A stretch of 64,000 nt of DNA from NCBI GenBank assembly GCA_963793425.1, contig CAWCAG010000005.1, positions 320,001 to 384,000 on the forward strand, read 5' to 3'. Numbering within the stretch: position 1 is the stretch's first letter; every line of letters starts with the position of its first letter. Source of the stretch: an uncultured cyanobacterium (GTDB lineage: Bacteria; Cyanobacteriota; Cyanobacteriia; Cyanobacteriales; CAWCAG01). Of the stretch, positions 53,095 to 64,000 are shown piece by piece. The translations under genes were made by a program, and so were the position numbers. The notes below the pieces were generated by a model. It searched no databases. It saw only the letters and a list, made by a program, of their open reading frames with translations, and was not told the origin of the DNA.

Positions 53095-53946
53095 ATGAAA
53101 TACAACGCAATATTAACAGTCGTTTTAGGGTTGAGTTTAGGAACTTTATTAAGCTGTACCCAAAAAATAGAACCACAAGCAGTTGTTTCTCAAGAAAAGC
53201 AAGAAATTAAACTTACGGGTGCGGGTTCTCCTTATCCCGCTTTAGAAGCTTTAGCGAAGGCTTATGAAATTAAAGAAGACGATGTTAAAATCAGCTTCTT
53301 GTCACCAAGTCAAAGCCCAGGGGGTATTGCTGGTGCTAAAGAGGGTTTGGTAGATATAGGCTCAGTTACGAGAAAACCTAAACCAGAAGAAGATGATGGT
53401 TCCCTAGAATATCAAGAATTAGCCCAAGATGGTTTAGTGGTGGCAACTCATCCTAGCGTTGAGGGGGTGACGAATTTAGAGACAGAGCAGCTTAAAGCTA
53501 TTTATAGCGGAGAAATAACCAATTGGCAAGAAGTTGGTGGCCCTGATGCAACTATTGTCTTGCTAGATTGACCGGAAGATGAGTCGGCGAAGAAACTATT
53601 ACGGGAATACTATTTAGGAGCAGACTTAAAAACCTCTCCAGAAGCAGTGATTTTGCGCCAGGAAGGTGATTTGATTGAAACAATACAGACTACTGAATAC
53701 AGTATCGGTGCATTTTCCCTCGCCTATGCCATGGTTAATGACTTGCCTGTTAACCGCCTTAGTCTTGCTCAGGTGAAACCTACGGCTGAGAATGTTAAAG
53801 CGGGGAAGTATGAGATGACGCGCAAACTCGGCATTGTCTTGAAAAAAGAAGGTATTTCTGAAGAAACTCGCCAATTTGTTGATTTTGCTTTTAGTGAAGA
53901 AGGGGCTAAAGCACTACAGCAAGCTGGTTTTGTCCCTTCGTTTTAA
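53095..53946 (+). pseudogene. PstS-like substrate-binding lipoprotein with an in-frame TGA at 53569-53571
   Basis: ORFs 53095-53571 and 53647-53946 share one frame; the paralog reads D-R-P where this copy reads D-*-P. Confidence 0.85.
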
Positions 53947-54043
53947 TTTGAAGCTCTTGTTTTTTAAGCTAGACTCGAAAAAATTCTCTTTCCGGGGGCA
54001 ATACCAACCTTCGAGTTTAATTTACCTTGGGAAAATAGTCTAA

Positions 54044-54901
54044 ATGAAGTGCAACGCATTATTGATAGTGGTTTTGGGATTAAGTTGGGGAACATTGGTA
54101 AGCTGTATCTCAGAAAAAGAATCGCCAGTTGTTGTCTCCCAACCACAGCAAGAGATTAAAATTGCTGGGGATGGGATTATTTATATCCCTTTGCAAGCTT
54201 TAGCTGAGGCTTATGAAAATAAAACAGACAATATTAAAATCAGCTTTTTGCCCCCCAATCGAAGCTTAGAGGGTATTGCTGGGGTAGAAAATAGCTTGGT
54301 GGATTTAGGTGCAGTTACCAGGAAACTGGAGCCAGAAGAGAATGATGATGCCTTAGAGTATCGGGAATTAGCCCAGGATGCTTTGGTTGTCGCAACTCAT
54401 CCTAGCGTTGAGGGTGTGACGAATTTACAGACAGAGCAGCTTAAGGCTATTTATAGCGGTGAAGTGACTAATTGGCAAGAGGTTGGTGGCCCCAATGCAC
54501 CTATTATCCTGCTAGATAGACCTAAATATGAATCAGGGAGAAAATTATTACAGGAATATTATTTAGGTGAAGAATTAGCAACCTCTCCAGAATCTGTCAT
54601 CTTAAGCAAAGAAAGTGAGCTAATTGAAACTTTAAGAAGTACTGAATATAGCATTGGTGCTTTTTCTCTTGCCTACGCTATAGTCAATGATTTGCCCCTT
54701 AATCGCCTCAGCCTTAATCAGGTGAAACCTACAGCAGCAAATGTTCAGGCGGGGAAGTATGAGATGACACGCAAACTCGGCATTGTTTACAACAAAGAAG
54801 ATACTTCTGAAGCAACTCGTCAATTTATTGATTTTGTTTTTGGTGAAGAAGGGGCTGAGGTATTGTTGCAAGCTGGTTTTGTGCCATCTCGCCAAAAATA
54901 G
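54044..54901 (+). CDS. PstS-like (PBP2) substrate-binding lipoprotein
   Basis: Lipobox-like 'LVSC', 'AQDALVVATHP', 'IYSGEVTNWQEVGG'. Confidence 0.88.
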   Translation: MKCNALLIVVLGLSWGTLVSCISEKESPVVVSQPQQEIKIAGDGIIYIPLQALAEAYENKTDNIKISFLPPNRSLEGIAGVENSLVDLGAVTRKLEPEENDDALEYRELAQDALVVATHPSVEGVTNLQTEQLKAIYSGEVTNWQEVGGPNAPIILLDRPKYESGRKLLQEYYLGEELATSPESVILSKESELIETLRSTEYSIGAFSLAYAIVNDLPLNRLSLNQVKPTAANVQAGKYEMTRKLGIVYNKEDTSEATRQFIDFVFGEEGAEVLLQAGFVPSRQK

Positions 54902-54913
54902 GACAAAAAAGAA

Positions 54914-57454
54914 ATGCTCCGTGATACTTACTCGAAATTCTCTTTAAGATTAAAAATACTCTTGCCTTTGCTTTCTCTGTTTCTATTAATGTGGGGTTTA
55001 GGCGCTCTTACTATGGGCTATTTCTTTACTAAACGCTTAGAAAAACATAGCCAGCAAGACGCAGAAGAAATTGCTTCTGTAGTGCAGCAAAACTTTGAAA
55101 GAAAGAAAGAGTTGCTCTTTTTGCAGGCAAGATGGGTAGCTGATAGTCCAGATATTGCTGAGTTAGTAGCGGCGGGTGACAAAAGCAAATTGCAACAAAT
55201 TTTGTTACCTTTACGTACTACTCTTGGACTTGATTTTATTGAAGTTATTGATAAGCAGGAAAACATATTAGTAGAAGTTAAGGGAACAGAAATAGCTGAA
55301 TCTGAATTGCAAGATAAATCTATTAATAAAGCAGCTAGTGTGGGCATGGATTTGTTTGATCTTGTACTAGCTGAAGGGGACAATTCTTCGATTTTGGTCG
55401 GTTTGACTTCAATTAAATCTTCAGAAGAAATTTTAGGTGGAGCTATTGTTGGTATTGCTATCAATGAGGAGTTGCTTAGGGAAATTCGCGCTCAATCTGA
55501 ATTACATTTAGTGGCTTTGTTCGACTCTCAAGTTACAGCTTCTACTTTACCCCAGGCTAAAAATACTTCCTGGCAAGCATCTCTTTTACAATCTTCTTCC
55601 TCTGCAAGAGTTACTATTGACAAGCAAGATTACTTTGCCCACACTTTAGAATTAGCTGGAATCAATAGTACAGATGGTAAGTTAGTTGTTCTCCGTTCTA
55701 CTCAAGATTTAGTTGAGGCAGAACGACAACTTTGGCTAGGTATTAGTATTTTTTGTTTATTAGGTTCAGGGGTTACTACTGCTATTGGTATTCGGGTAAC
55801 AAAGTTACTTACTAAGAGATTAGAACAAGTGACTGACGTTGCTAAGCAAGTAACTGAAGAAGCTGATTTTTCACTTCAGGCTCCCGTTACAGACAAAGAT
55901 GAAGTGACAGTTTTAGCAACTTCTTTGAATCAATTAATAGGGCAAGTTGGGCAGTTATTAACAGAAAAAGAAACAGAAGTAAAAGGTCAACAACTGCTTA
56001 GCCAAGAGTTACAAGTAGCCAAAGAATCTGCCGAGATTGCTAACCGCTCCAAAAGTGAATTTTTGGCTAATATGAGCCATGAATTAAGGACTCCCCTCAA
56101 TGGTATTCTCGGCTATACTCAGATTCTGCAAAATTCTTTAAACATGACCTCTTCTGAGTTGAGAGGGATTGATATTATTCATCAATGTGGTAACCATTTA
56201 CTCACTTTAATTAATGATATTTTAGACCTTTCTAAAATTGAAGCAGGGAAAATGGAACTTTATCAAACAGAGTTTCATCTTATTCCTTTTTTAGAAGGTA
56301 TTGCTGATATCTGTCAAATTAGAGCCAAGAAACATCATATTTCTTTTCTTTGTCAGCTTAGCCCAGAACTTCCTCAAGGAGTTTTAGCTGATGATAAACG
56401 CTTACGCCAAATATTAATTAATATTTTAGGTAATGCGATTAAGTTTACTCAATCAGGAGGAGTAACTTTAAGGGTTGATGTTCTTGAAAGAAGCTTAGAA
56501 AACAACCAAGAAACAAAGACTAAGATTCGCTTTCAAGTAGAGGATACTGGAGTTGGCATGGCTCCTGAGCAGTTAGAAAAAATCTTTTTGCCCTTTGAGC
56601 AAGTAGGAGAAGCTACTCATAAAGCAGAAGGCACTGGTTTAGGGCTAGCTATTACTAAAAAGATTCTTGCTTTGATGAACTCTAAGTTAGAAGTGAGCAG
56701 CAAGTTAGGGGAAGGGAGCGTATTTTGGTTTGATATTTATCTCCAGGAAGCTATTAACTTAGGGACTATTAAATCTTCTCCAAAAAAGACTCAAAATGTC
56801 ATTGGTTTTAACGGAGAGAAAAACAAAATTTTAATAGTAGATGACCAGTGGTCTAATCGTTTAGTTGCTGTTAATATGCTTGCTCGTTTAGGTTTTCAAA
56901 TTGCTGAAGCAACTAATGGCAAAGAAAGTTTGCAGCAAGTTGAAGAGTTTAAACCTGATTTAGTGATTATGGATTTGGTTATGCCGACAATGGATGGTTT
57001 TGAAGCAATTTACGAACTACGCCAATCTCCTCAATGGCAATCATTAAAGGTTATCGCTTCTTCAGCAAGTGTCTTTGATAACGATAAACAAAAAAGTGTC
57101 CAGGTAGGAGCAGATGCTTTTCTGCCAAAACCAATTGATAAAAGCAAGTTACTAGAAATATTGCAGAAGCATTTGCAACTGGAGTGGATTTATCAACAAC
57201 AAGAACAGGAAAAATTGCAGAGTAAAGAGCAAGAGCAAAAACAAGAGTCAGTAATATGTTTGCCTATAAGTGAAGAGTTGCAGAAACTTTATGATTTAGC
57301 CAGGGCTGGGTTGATTAATGATATTTTAGTTCAACTTGATCAACTAGAAGAAGGCAATTCTAATTTAAAGGAGTTTTGCCAGCAAATTCGCCAATGGATT
57401 AAGAATTTTCAACTGAAAACAATTAAAAATTTTCTTAAAGAAAGTCTTAATTAA
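54914..57454 (+). CDS. Membrane hybrid sensor histidine kinase (periplasmic sensor-HAMP-HisKA-HATPase-REC)
   Basis: Two TM segments, '[13 protein letters not shown]', 'NAIKFT', 'DTGVG', 'GTGLGL', REC '[10 protein letters not shown]'. Confidence 0.95.
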   Translation: MLRDTYSKFSLRLKILLPLLSLFLLMWGLGALTMGYFFTKRLEKHSQQDAEEIASVVQQNFERKKELLFLQARWVADSPDIAELVAAGDKSKLQQILLPLRTTLGLDFIEVIDKQENILVEVKGTEIAESELQDKSINKAASVGMDLFDLVLAEGDNSSILVGLTSIKSSEEILGGAIVGIAINEELLREIRAQSELHLVALFDSQVTASTLPQAKNTSWQASLLQSSSSARVTIDKQDYFAHTLELAGINSTDGKLVVLRSTQDLVEAERQLWLGISIFCLLGSGVTTAIGIRVTKLLTKRLEQVTDVAKQVTEEADFSLQAPVTDKDEVTVLATSLNQLIGQVGQLLTEKETEVKGQQLLSQELQVAKESAEIANRSKSEFLANMSHELRTPLNGILGYTQILQNSLNMTSSELRGIDIIHQCGNHLLTLINDILDLSKIEAGKMELYQTEFHLIPFLEGIADICQIRAKKHHISFLCQLSPELPQGVLADDKRLRQILINILGNAIKFTQSGGVTLRVDVLERSLENNQETKTKIRFQVEDTGVGMAPEQLEKIFLPFEQVGEATHKAEGTGLGLAITKKILALMNSKLEVSSKLGEGSVFWFDIYLQEAINLGTIKSSPKKTQNVIGFNGEKNKILIVDDQWSNRLVAVNMLARLGFQIAEATNGKESLQQVEEFKPDLVIMDLVMPTMDGFEAIYELRQSPQWQSLKVIASSASVFDNDKQKSVQVGADAFLPKPIDKSKLLEILQKHLQLEWIYQQQEQEKLQSKEQEQKQESVICLPISEELQKLYDLARAGLINDILVQLDQLEEGNSNLKEFCQQIRQWIKNFQLKTIKNFLKESLN

Positions 57455-57568
57455 ACTAAGCTGTTACGCATTTAAAAGACATATTATTGAGTTAACTAGG
57501 ATAAGCTGTATTTCTGACCTATTACCTATTACCTCCCCTCGTAACCCAACTCAAAAGCATAGCAGCTT

Positions 57569-58924
57569 ATGAACTTTCCCCCCTTCTCAATAAGCAATAG
57601 TAAAACTTGGTTTAGTAATTGGCTAGATAACATTAAATTTAGCCATAGAATCCTTTATGGATATGCTTTTGCTGTTAGTGTGGCTGTTCTGGGTACAACT
57701 TCAGGATTAATTATTGGCAACTCTTACCAACAGTATGCTTATGGATTGAGGGAAGATTTTTTAGAAGAAATAGAATCAATTATTAAATTACAAAATAGTT
57801 TACTGCATCTACAAAAACATCAGCAACAGTTTTTTGGTCTATTAGAAAAACCAGAACTTTTTCGAGAAGAATATCAACTTTTCAAACAACATCAAGAACA
57901 AACTTATCAACTTTGGTCTGATTTTAAGATTTCTCACCAAGGAATAAGACCAGGAGATGATGAAGAAGAGTTAGCAATGGTTGAGGATATTATCGAAAAG
58001 TATGATGGAACAGAAGTAAATTATACAAGACAATTAGATGCGGTTTTAAAGGTGATGGATTGCAACAATCCTTCTCCAGAAGAACAAGCAAGATTGCAAC
58101 GTTTGCTTATAGCTTTTGCCAAGAATCCTCTCTCTCTACAACTAAGGGAATTTGTTATTGATTTAGAAAAATTAAGCGAGTTAGGAGAAGGTAGTACATT
58201 TTGGTTTGATTTACTTGTTTGGGAAGTTGATACTCAACAAAATGCTGAGGCATTTAGCCCAAAAACTATTATTGGTTTTAGAGAAGATAAAAAGAAAATT
58301 TTGGTAGTAGACGATTGCTGGTCAAATAGGTTAATTATTATTAGTATGTTATCCCCTTTAGGATTTCAAATTACTGAGGCAATTGACGGAGAAGAAGCTT
58401 TGCAAAAAATAGAATTATTGCAGCCTGATTTAGTGATTATGGATTTAGCTATGCCGAAAATAGATGGTTTTGAAGTGATCCAAAGATTGCGCCAATCTTC
58501 CCAATGGCAATCACTAAAAATTATTGCTTCTTCTGCCAGAGTTTTTAACCGAGATCAGCAAAAAAGCGCTGAAGTGGGGGCAGATAGTTTTTTACCCAAA
58601 CCGATTGATAAAGTTAAGCTAATGGAAATGTTGCAAAAGCATTTGCAATTAGAGTGGATTTATCAACAACAAACTGAAGAAACATTCCCCCCAGAAAAAC
58701 CTTCTGAAACCCAAGCCTTAGTTTTACCGCCAATAGAGGTGATTAAAGAGCTTTACAACTTGGCAAGAGCAGGATTAGTTAGTGACATCTTAGACCAAAT
58801 TAATCACTTAGAAAAAACTAATTCTAACTTAGTTCCTTTTGGTAACAAAATCCGTCAATGGGCCAAAGCCTTCCAAGTCAAAGAAATTCAAACCTATCTA
58901 GAGTCACTCCTCAACAAACGCTAA
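57569..58924 (+). pseudogene. Hybrid kinase with in-frame loss of the kinase core (sensor fused to REC)
   Basis: Sensor helices run directly into 'SELGEGSTFWFDL' (last HATPase strand); H, N and G boxes absent; ORF remains open. Confidence 0.7.
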
Positions 58925-58961
58925 TCTCTTAACTTATTACTTATTACTTATTACTTAAAAA

Positions 58962-60394
58962 ATGCTCTCCCCTTCATTATTACAATTTATTCCCCATGGA
59001 CATTGCTATCTTTGGCAAACTGGGCTGGTTAATCTACACGTTATCTCCGATGCAACTATTGCCATTGCCTACTTTTCCATTCCCTTAACTTTGTTGTATT
59101 TAGTCCATAAAAGAAGGGTATTGATATTATTTACCGCTCTGGTAATCATCTCCTCACCCTCATCAACGACATTTTGGAAAGATCCAAAATTGAGGCGGGG
59201 AAAATGGAATTGCACCAAACTACCTTTAATCTTGCTGGCTTCTTACAAAATATCGCAGATATCTGTCGCATTCGAGTAGAAAAAAAGCACATTGCTTTTG
59301 TCTACCAACCTAATCCTCAACTGCCTGAATTTGTTAGGGGAGATGAAAAACGTTTGCGACAGGTATTAATTAATCTTTTAGGCAATGCAATTAAATTTAC
59401 TCAAACTGGAAAAGTGACATTTTCTATTGACGTTATCGAGCAAGATAAGCAGCAAACAATTAATAAAGTTCGCTTTCAAATTGAAGATACTGGTGTTGGT
59501 ATTTCCCCAAAAGAATTAGAGAAAATCTTTCTCCCTTTTGAGCAAGTAGATAATATTTCTCGGCAAGTAGAAGGGACAGGCTTAGGGCTGACAATCACTA
59601 AAAAAATTCTGGTCATGATGGATGTCGAATTAGAGGTAAAAAGCCAGTTAGGAGAAGGGAGCAAATTTTGGTTTGACTTAATATTGCCAAAATCTAATAG
59701 TAAATCTGCTTTAAACAGAGATGTTAGTCCTGATATAGTAGGCTTTAAAGGCAAAAAGAATAAAATTTTAGTGGTAGATGATCAGTGGTTAAATCGCTCA
59801 GTAATTAGAAAACTTCTTACTCCTTTGGGCTTCAAAGTTGCTGAAGCAAGTAATGGAGAAGAGGGCTTACAAAAAGTAGCACATTTCAAACCAGATTTAA
59901 TTATTTCTGATTTTGTCATGCCCCAAATGGATGGCTTTGAGATGTTGCGACGCTTACGAAGTTCAGACTTAGTAGATTCTACTATTTTAATCGCTTCCTC
60001 TGCTAGTGTTTTTGATACTGATAAGCAAAAGAGTTTAGAAGCTGGGTTTAATGATTTTCTTCCTAAACCAGTAAACCAAGATGAATTACTAGAAAAATTA
60101 GAGAAACATTTACCGATCGAATGGGTTTATCAACCGCAAAATAAAGCACAACTAGTTAGAAATCACCCAGAAAAAGAAGGAATATCAGAGCATAACTCAG
60201 TTGTTTTTCCTCCCTCAGAAAAAGTGTCTGAACTATATAATTTGGCTAAGGCAGGTTTGATTAGCGATATTTTAGAAGAAGCGGAGAAGCTCGAAAAACT
60301 AGACCCCAAGTATGTAGTTTTCGCCACAAAGTTACGTCAATTGGGGGAAGGTTTTCGAGTTAAGCAATTGCAAGAGTTCCTTAAGCAAGATTGA
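58962..60394 (+). pseudogene. Hybrid kinase with ethylene-receptor-like N-terminus; out-of-frame deletion near 59115 removes the H-box
   Basis: 'FIPHGHCYLW..SDATIAIAYFSIP' then a jump to '[20 protein letters not shown]' in another frame; HATPase and REC intact. Confidence 0.8.
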
Positions 60395-60521
60395 ATTTGT
60401 TGATTTTTAGCCAACAAATGTAACAGTTTATTAAAAACCAGCAGCTAATTTTCCCAAATTTCTCTGTTTTGCCTGAGAGATAAATAGCACAACAGTTTTC
60501 TGTAGCTATGGGATTAAGCGA

Positions 60522-63378
60522 ATGAAGTATCAGAAAAACCCAATTCAAAATCAAGTTAAAGACAAAACACCTCTTTCTTTGGGCAAAAGATTAGTTTACA
60601 CCTTTTATGAAGCAATCTTTTCCTTGTGGAATCTGGTTTTCCTCGCCATTGTTTATGCAGGAATGTTGCCTCTACTGGCAGGAGATATGATAGAAGCCCT
60701 ATCAAGTGGGGCGATGAGATTAGAAATTTTCCTCACCTTAATAGGTGCGATCGCAGTTCCCACCGTCTTCACTGTGATCGGGGTTTTAGCTTTCATCAAA
60801 AAACCGGTCAAACTTATCCACCTTTTTTATGGTGTAGAAGCGCCTTTATTTTTACTCTGTTTAATTCGTCTTTTTATCATCAGAGAACTTACTCCCGCTA
60901 GCCATTTAGTTATGGCAACCTTCTTTATTTGTATAATGGGATTCTTCCTGGAATTAATGGGGGATTATGCCCAACATAATCGCTTCTTAGCTTCGTTACA
61001 ACTAGCCATTCATAGCCTTTTATTAGTAGTAGGAACAGCCATAGCTGCCCTAATCGGTTTTTATGTTGTACCGATAGCAATTTTTCTCTGGCGGGGATTT
61101 TGGTCTTTTGGTTGGGTACAAGGTTTGTGGTGGATGCTAAGTGATCCTTGGCGCTGGGGAAATATCTATGAATGGGTTATTTTCGGCCCTTTATATTTAC
61201 TATTTATTAGTATTAGCGCCACTGTATTTGTCTTAATGCCTTTGTTCTTAATTAATATCTATATTCGTTCAGGACATCGCATCTTACAACAATTTAGTTG
61301 GCAATATGGAAAAACTCGAACTATTCAAGGAGTTGTTGCCGTATTAGGTGTTTGGTTCATTGCCTTCTTTGTTTTAAGTCAACAACCTCAAGTCAAAGCA
61401 TTTGAACTATTAGCTAAACCAGCCCAAACCGATACCCAAAAAACTGCTTTACTAGATAAATCAAAAGAAATTCGTCGCGGTTTAACCAATGCTTATTTAT
61501 CTGGCTACCGCTACCTATCTCCCGTAGAAAAGAGTAACTCTATTGCCCGTTTTTATCAGGACTTAGATTTCTCTTCTGCAACAGCGCAATTAGTACAAAA
61601 CAGTTACAACAATTTAATCTCACCTTTCCTTTATCAAGGTTCCAACTCTGATCGCCAAAAAGCCGAGAAACTCTATGAAAAATTCTTTGATCTACCCATT
61701 CAAAAAGGAGAAAAAGAAGCCATTAGGAAGGCTCTAAAATCTACAGTCATGGTAGATGAAGCCAAAGCCGGAGTCCTGAACATTGATGAAAAAAGAGTTT
61801 GGTTGCGATCACAAGATATCAATCTCACTCCTCACAAAAATTGGGCAGATGTAGAAATTCATGAGGTTTATGAAAATCAAACCACTGATGTCGAAGAAAT
61901 TCTCTACTATTTTTCCTTGCCAGAAAGTGCTGTAATCACAGGAGTTTGGTTAGGAGACACTGCTAATCGAGATGCCCGTTTCACATTCCAAGTTTCTCCT
62001 CGTGGAGCAGCACAAAAAGTTTATAATTCCCAAGTTAAGAGAATCAATCCTGTAGATCCAGCATTATTAGAACAAGTTGGCCCCCGCAACTATCGCTATA
62101 AGGGCTTTTCCTGTTCCTCCCCGTAACAACTTCTCCCAACCAGCCGATGCCCCCATAGAAATGCACTTGTGGTTAACCTATAAAGTGATGCGACAAAAAG
62201 AAGGCTGGGCTTTACCTAAATTAAGGGAAAAGCGTAACATTTACTGGAACGAAGATAGCCAAAGACTTCGCCAAGGTAAAAAAGTTAAAGAAGATAAAGA
62301 TAACTGGTTGCCAGAATTCCTCCCCGCCAAAAGGAAATATCGCCCTCAAATTCAGGAAGTTAACTTCGCTGAAGGCTACCGCATCTCTTTCCATCCCTTA
62401 AAATCTAGCGATTATGTCTTACCTAAAGGAAAACGTTTTGCCATCATCTTAGATAGTTCCCGCAGTATGGATGAACATAGCCAGGAAGTGGAAGAAACTT
62501 TTAATTGGCTAGAAAAACAAGGCTTTGCTGATAACAGCTTCAGCAACAACGATGCTGACCTTTATCTTACTGCCTCCGATGCTGCACCTCAACGCCTTGA
62601 TGATTTACGCAACTATAAAGCCAAAAAGCAAGTCTTTTACGGCAAGCCGCAATTAAAGGAAATGTTGGCACAATTTGTTAAGTTACAAAAGGACACTCCT
62701 TACGACGGCATCATCATTCTCACAGATGCTAGCAACTACGAATTGTCTGATAATAGCAAAGATGTAACCCCAGTCAACGCACCTTTATGGGTAGTTAATT
62801 TAGGGGGCTTATCTCCTGCCTATAGCGATGGTATCCTCAAACTTATTCAGGATTCCCAAGGAGGCGTAGCAACTCAATTACCAGAGGTGTTACAAAGAAT
62901 CGCTACTCAATCTCAATTAGGGGCTGAAGTTGTTAGCGTCAGCGATGGCTATGCTTGGTTTCGGGAACCAGGAACAGAGAAAATAACTTCTAACCCCGAT
63001 TTAGCCCCCTTAGCGGCAAGGCAGTTAACCCGAAGTTTGAGTAGGGAATTGGATAGCAACTCTGCATCCGGACTTGACACTATCCACGCCATTGCTAAAA
63101 AGTATCAAATCGTCACTCCCTACTCTTCTATGATTGTTTTAGTCAACGACGAACAACGGGCAGCATTGAAAAAAGCAGAGTTAGAAAAAGATCGTTTTGA
63201 TAGGAAAGTAGAAAATGGCAAAGAAGACTTAAATCAACCAAATAATCCTTTAAGTACAGCCACAACCATACCAGAACCAAGGGCGATTATTGGTATCTTA
63301 CCCGTAGCAATTTATTTATTTACACGGCGTAAATCAAACGCTTCACGGAAGTTATTGAGGAAGGCTTCTCGCAATTAG
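60522..63378 (+). pseudogene. TIGR02921-like PEP-CTERM integral membrane protein (VIT/vWA-like domains), +1 frameshift near 62098
   Basis: 'DPALLEQVGPRNYR' continues as 'RAFPVPP' in the next frame; C-terminal 'IPEP'-TM-RRK sorting signal. Confidence 0.8.
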
Positions 63379-63435
63379 TAAACAGTAGACATCTCCGGAA
63401 AAGAGGGTTGGCGCACTTCCTTGCCGTAGGCTACG

Positions 63436-63463
63436 GGGAACAGGGAACAGGGAACAGGGAACA
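63436..63463. repeat. Heptamer tandem repeat (GGGAACA x4)
   Basis: Directly visible array. Confidence 0.8.
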
Positions 63464-63554
63464 GCGGCAAGATACGTAGCTTTACTACTCCCCATTCCCC
63501 GCTCCCTAGTCCCTACCTCCCAAGTAATCTGTGCTACCAAACACCGATTTAATA

Positions 63555-63995
63555 TTACTGCCAATAAGCCACCTTTGTTCTTGGGGTTTTCGAGACAATA
63601 AACTTGCAAGGGATAACATGAACAGTCCCTTTTCCAGCTTTTTCTCCTGGTCCAGATACTTGAATACTTAAGTTTAGGGTGAACTCGCCGCCTTCTTCAG
63701 GAAGACTTTTCAATTCTTCAGAACTAAATAAGGGTTTAGTTAATTCTAAAGAACCATTTGCGCCAGGTTTTAGGGTCGTTTCTGTGGTAATTTTAGCAGC
63801 AACATTTTGACTTGGCCCCACCGTAGTAAAAGTTTGAGGTTGGGAAAGATCAATCTTCATTCCTGGTACTTCTCTGATTACCCGTTGTGATTTTCCTTTG
63901 AGATTAGATAGAGTACTTTGCTGCCAGTTTATGGCCAAAGAACGAGTAGGAGATTTGTTTTCAATAACAATACCAATGTCTCGAAAATTCTCCAT
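63555..63995 (-). CDS. Hypothetical protein (probably continues beyond the window)
   Basis: Open frame reaching the window edge. Confidence 0.6.
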   Translation of the reverse strand: MENFRDIGIVIENKSPTRSLAINWQQSTLSNLKGKSQRVIREVPGMKIDLSQPQTFTTVGPSQNVAAKITTETTLKPGANGSLELTKPLFSSEELKSLPEEGGEFTLNLSIQVSGPGEKAGKGTVHVIPCKFIVSKTPRTKVAYWQ

Positions 63996-64000
63996 TTCGC

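Noticed and set aside
53569..53571. TGA as a selenocysteine or readthrough codon
   Set aside because: The paralog has Arg at this position, not Cys; a single-base nonsense change is simpler

Overview
Chromosomal window from an AT-rich cyanobacterium (cpcBA-cpcEF, hetR, frequent HIP1 octamers GCGATCGC). Conserved genes (hpsJ-like, nusB, ftsY, hflX, guaB3, tRNA-Ser(GGA), rbp-rpsU, cpcBAEF, patX-hetR, pyrC, rnhA, ktrBA) alternate with accessory patches. (1) A partial contractile injection system (CIS) locus at 6.1-13.3 kb: tube protein, a ~1336-aa protein with 30 tandem repeats split by a 2-bp deletion, an Afp7-like protein and VgrG. It is followed by a HEPN/Zn-ribbon pseudogene and an IS1. (2) A solitary integron gene cassette with a well-formed attC, inserted at a GTT triplet inside a DUF4058 gene at 30.3-30.7 kb, with no integrase in the window. 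(3) A probable Zur-regulated zinc-starvation cluster at 39-47 kb, interrupted by a TA module and orphan genes. (4) Tandem PstS-like lipoproteins plus three paralogous hybrid kinases, two of which have lost their kinase core. Small (21-50 nt) hairpin elements sit inside patX, the IS1 transposase and a metallophosphatase. Many accessory genes show internal deletions, nonsense codons or frameshifts. All family assignments come from motif recognition by eye; no database searches were run.
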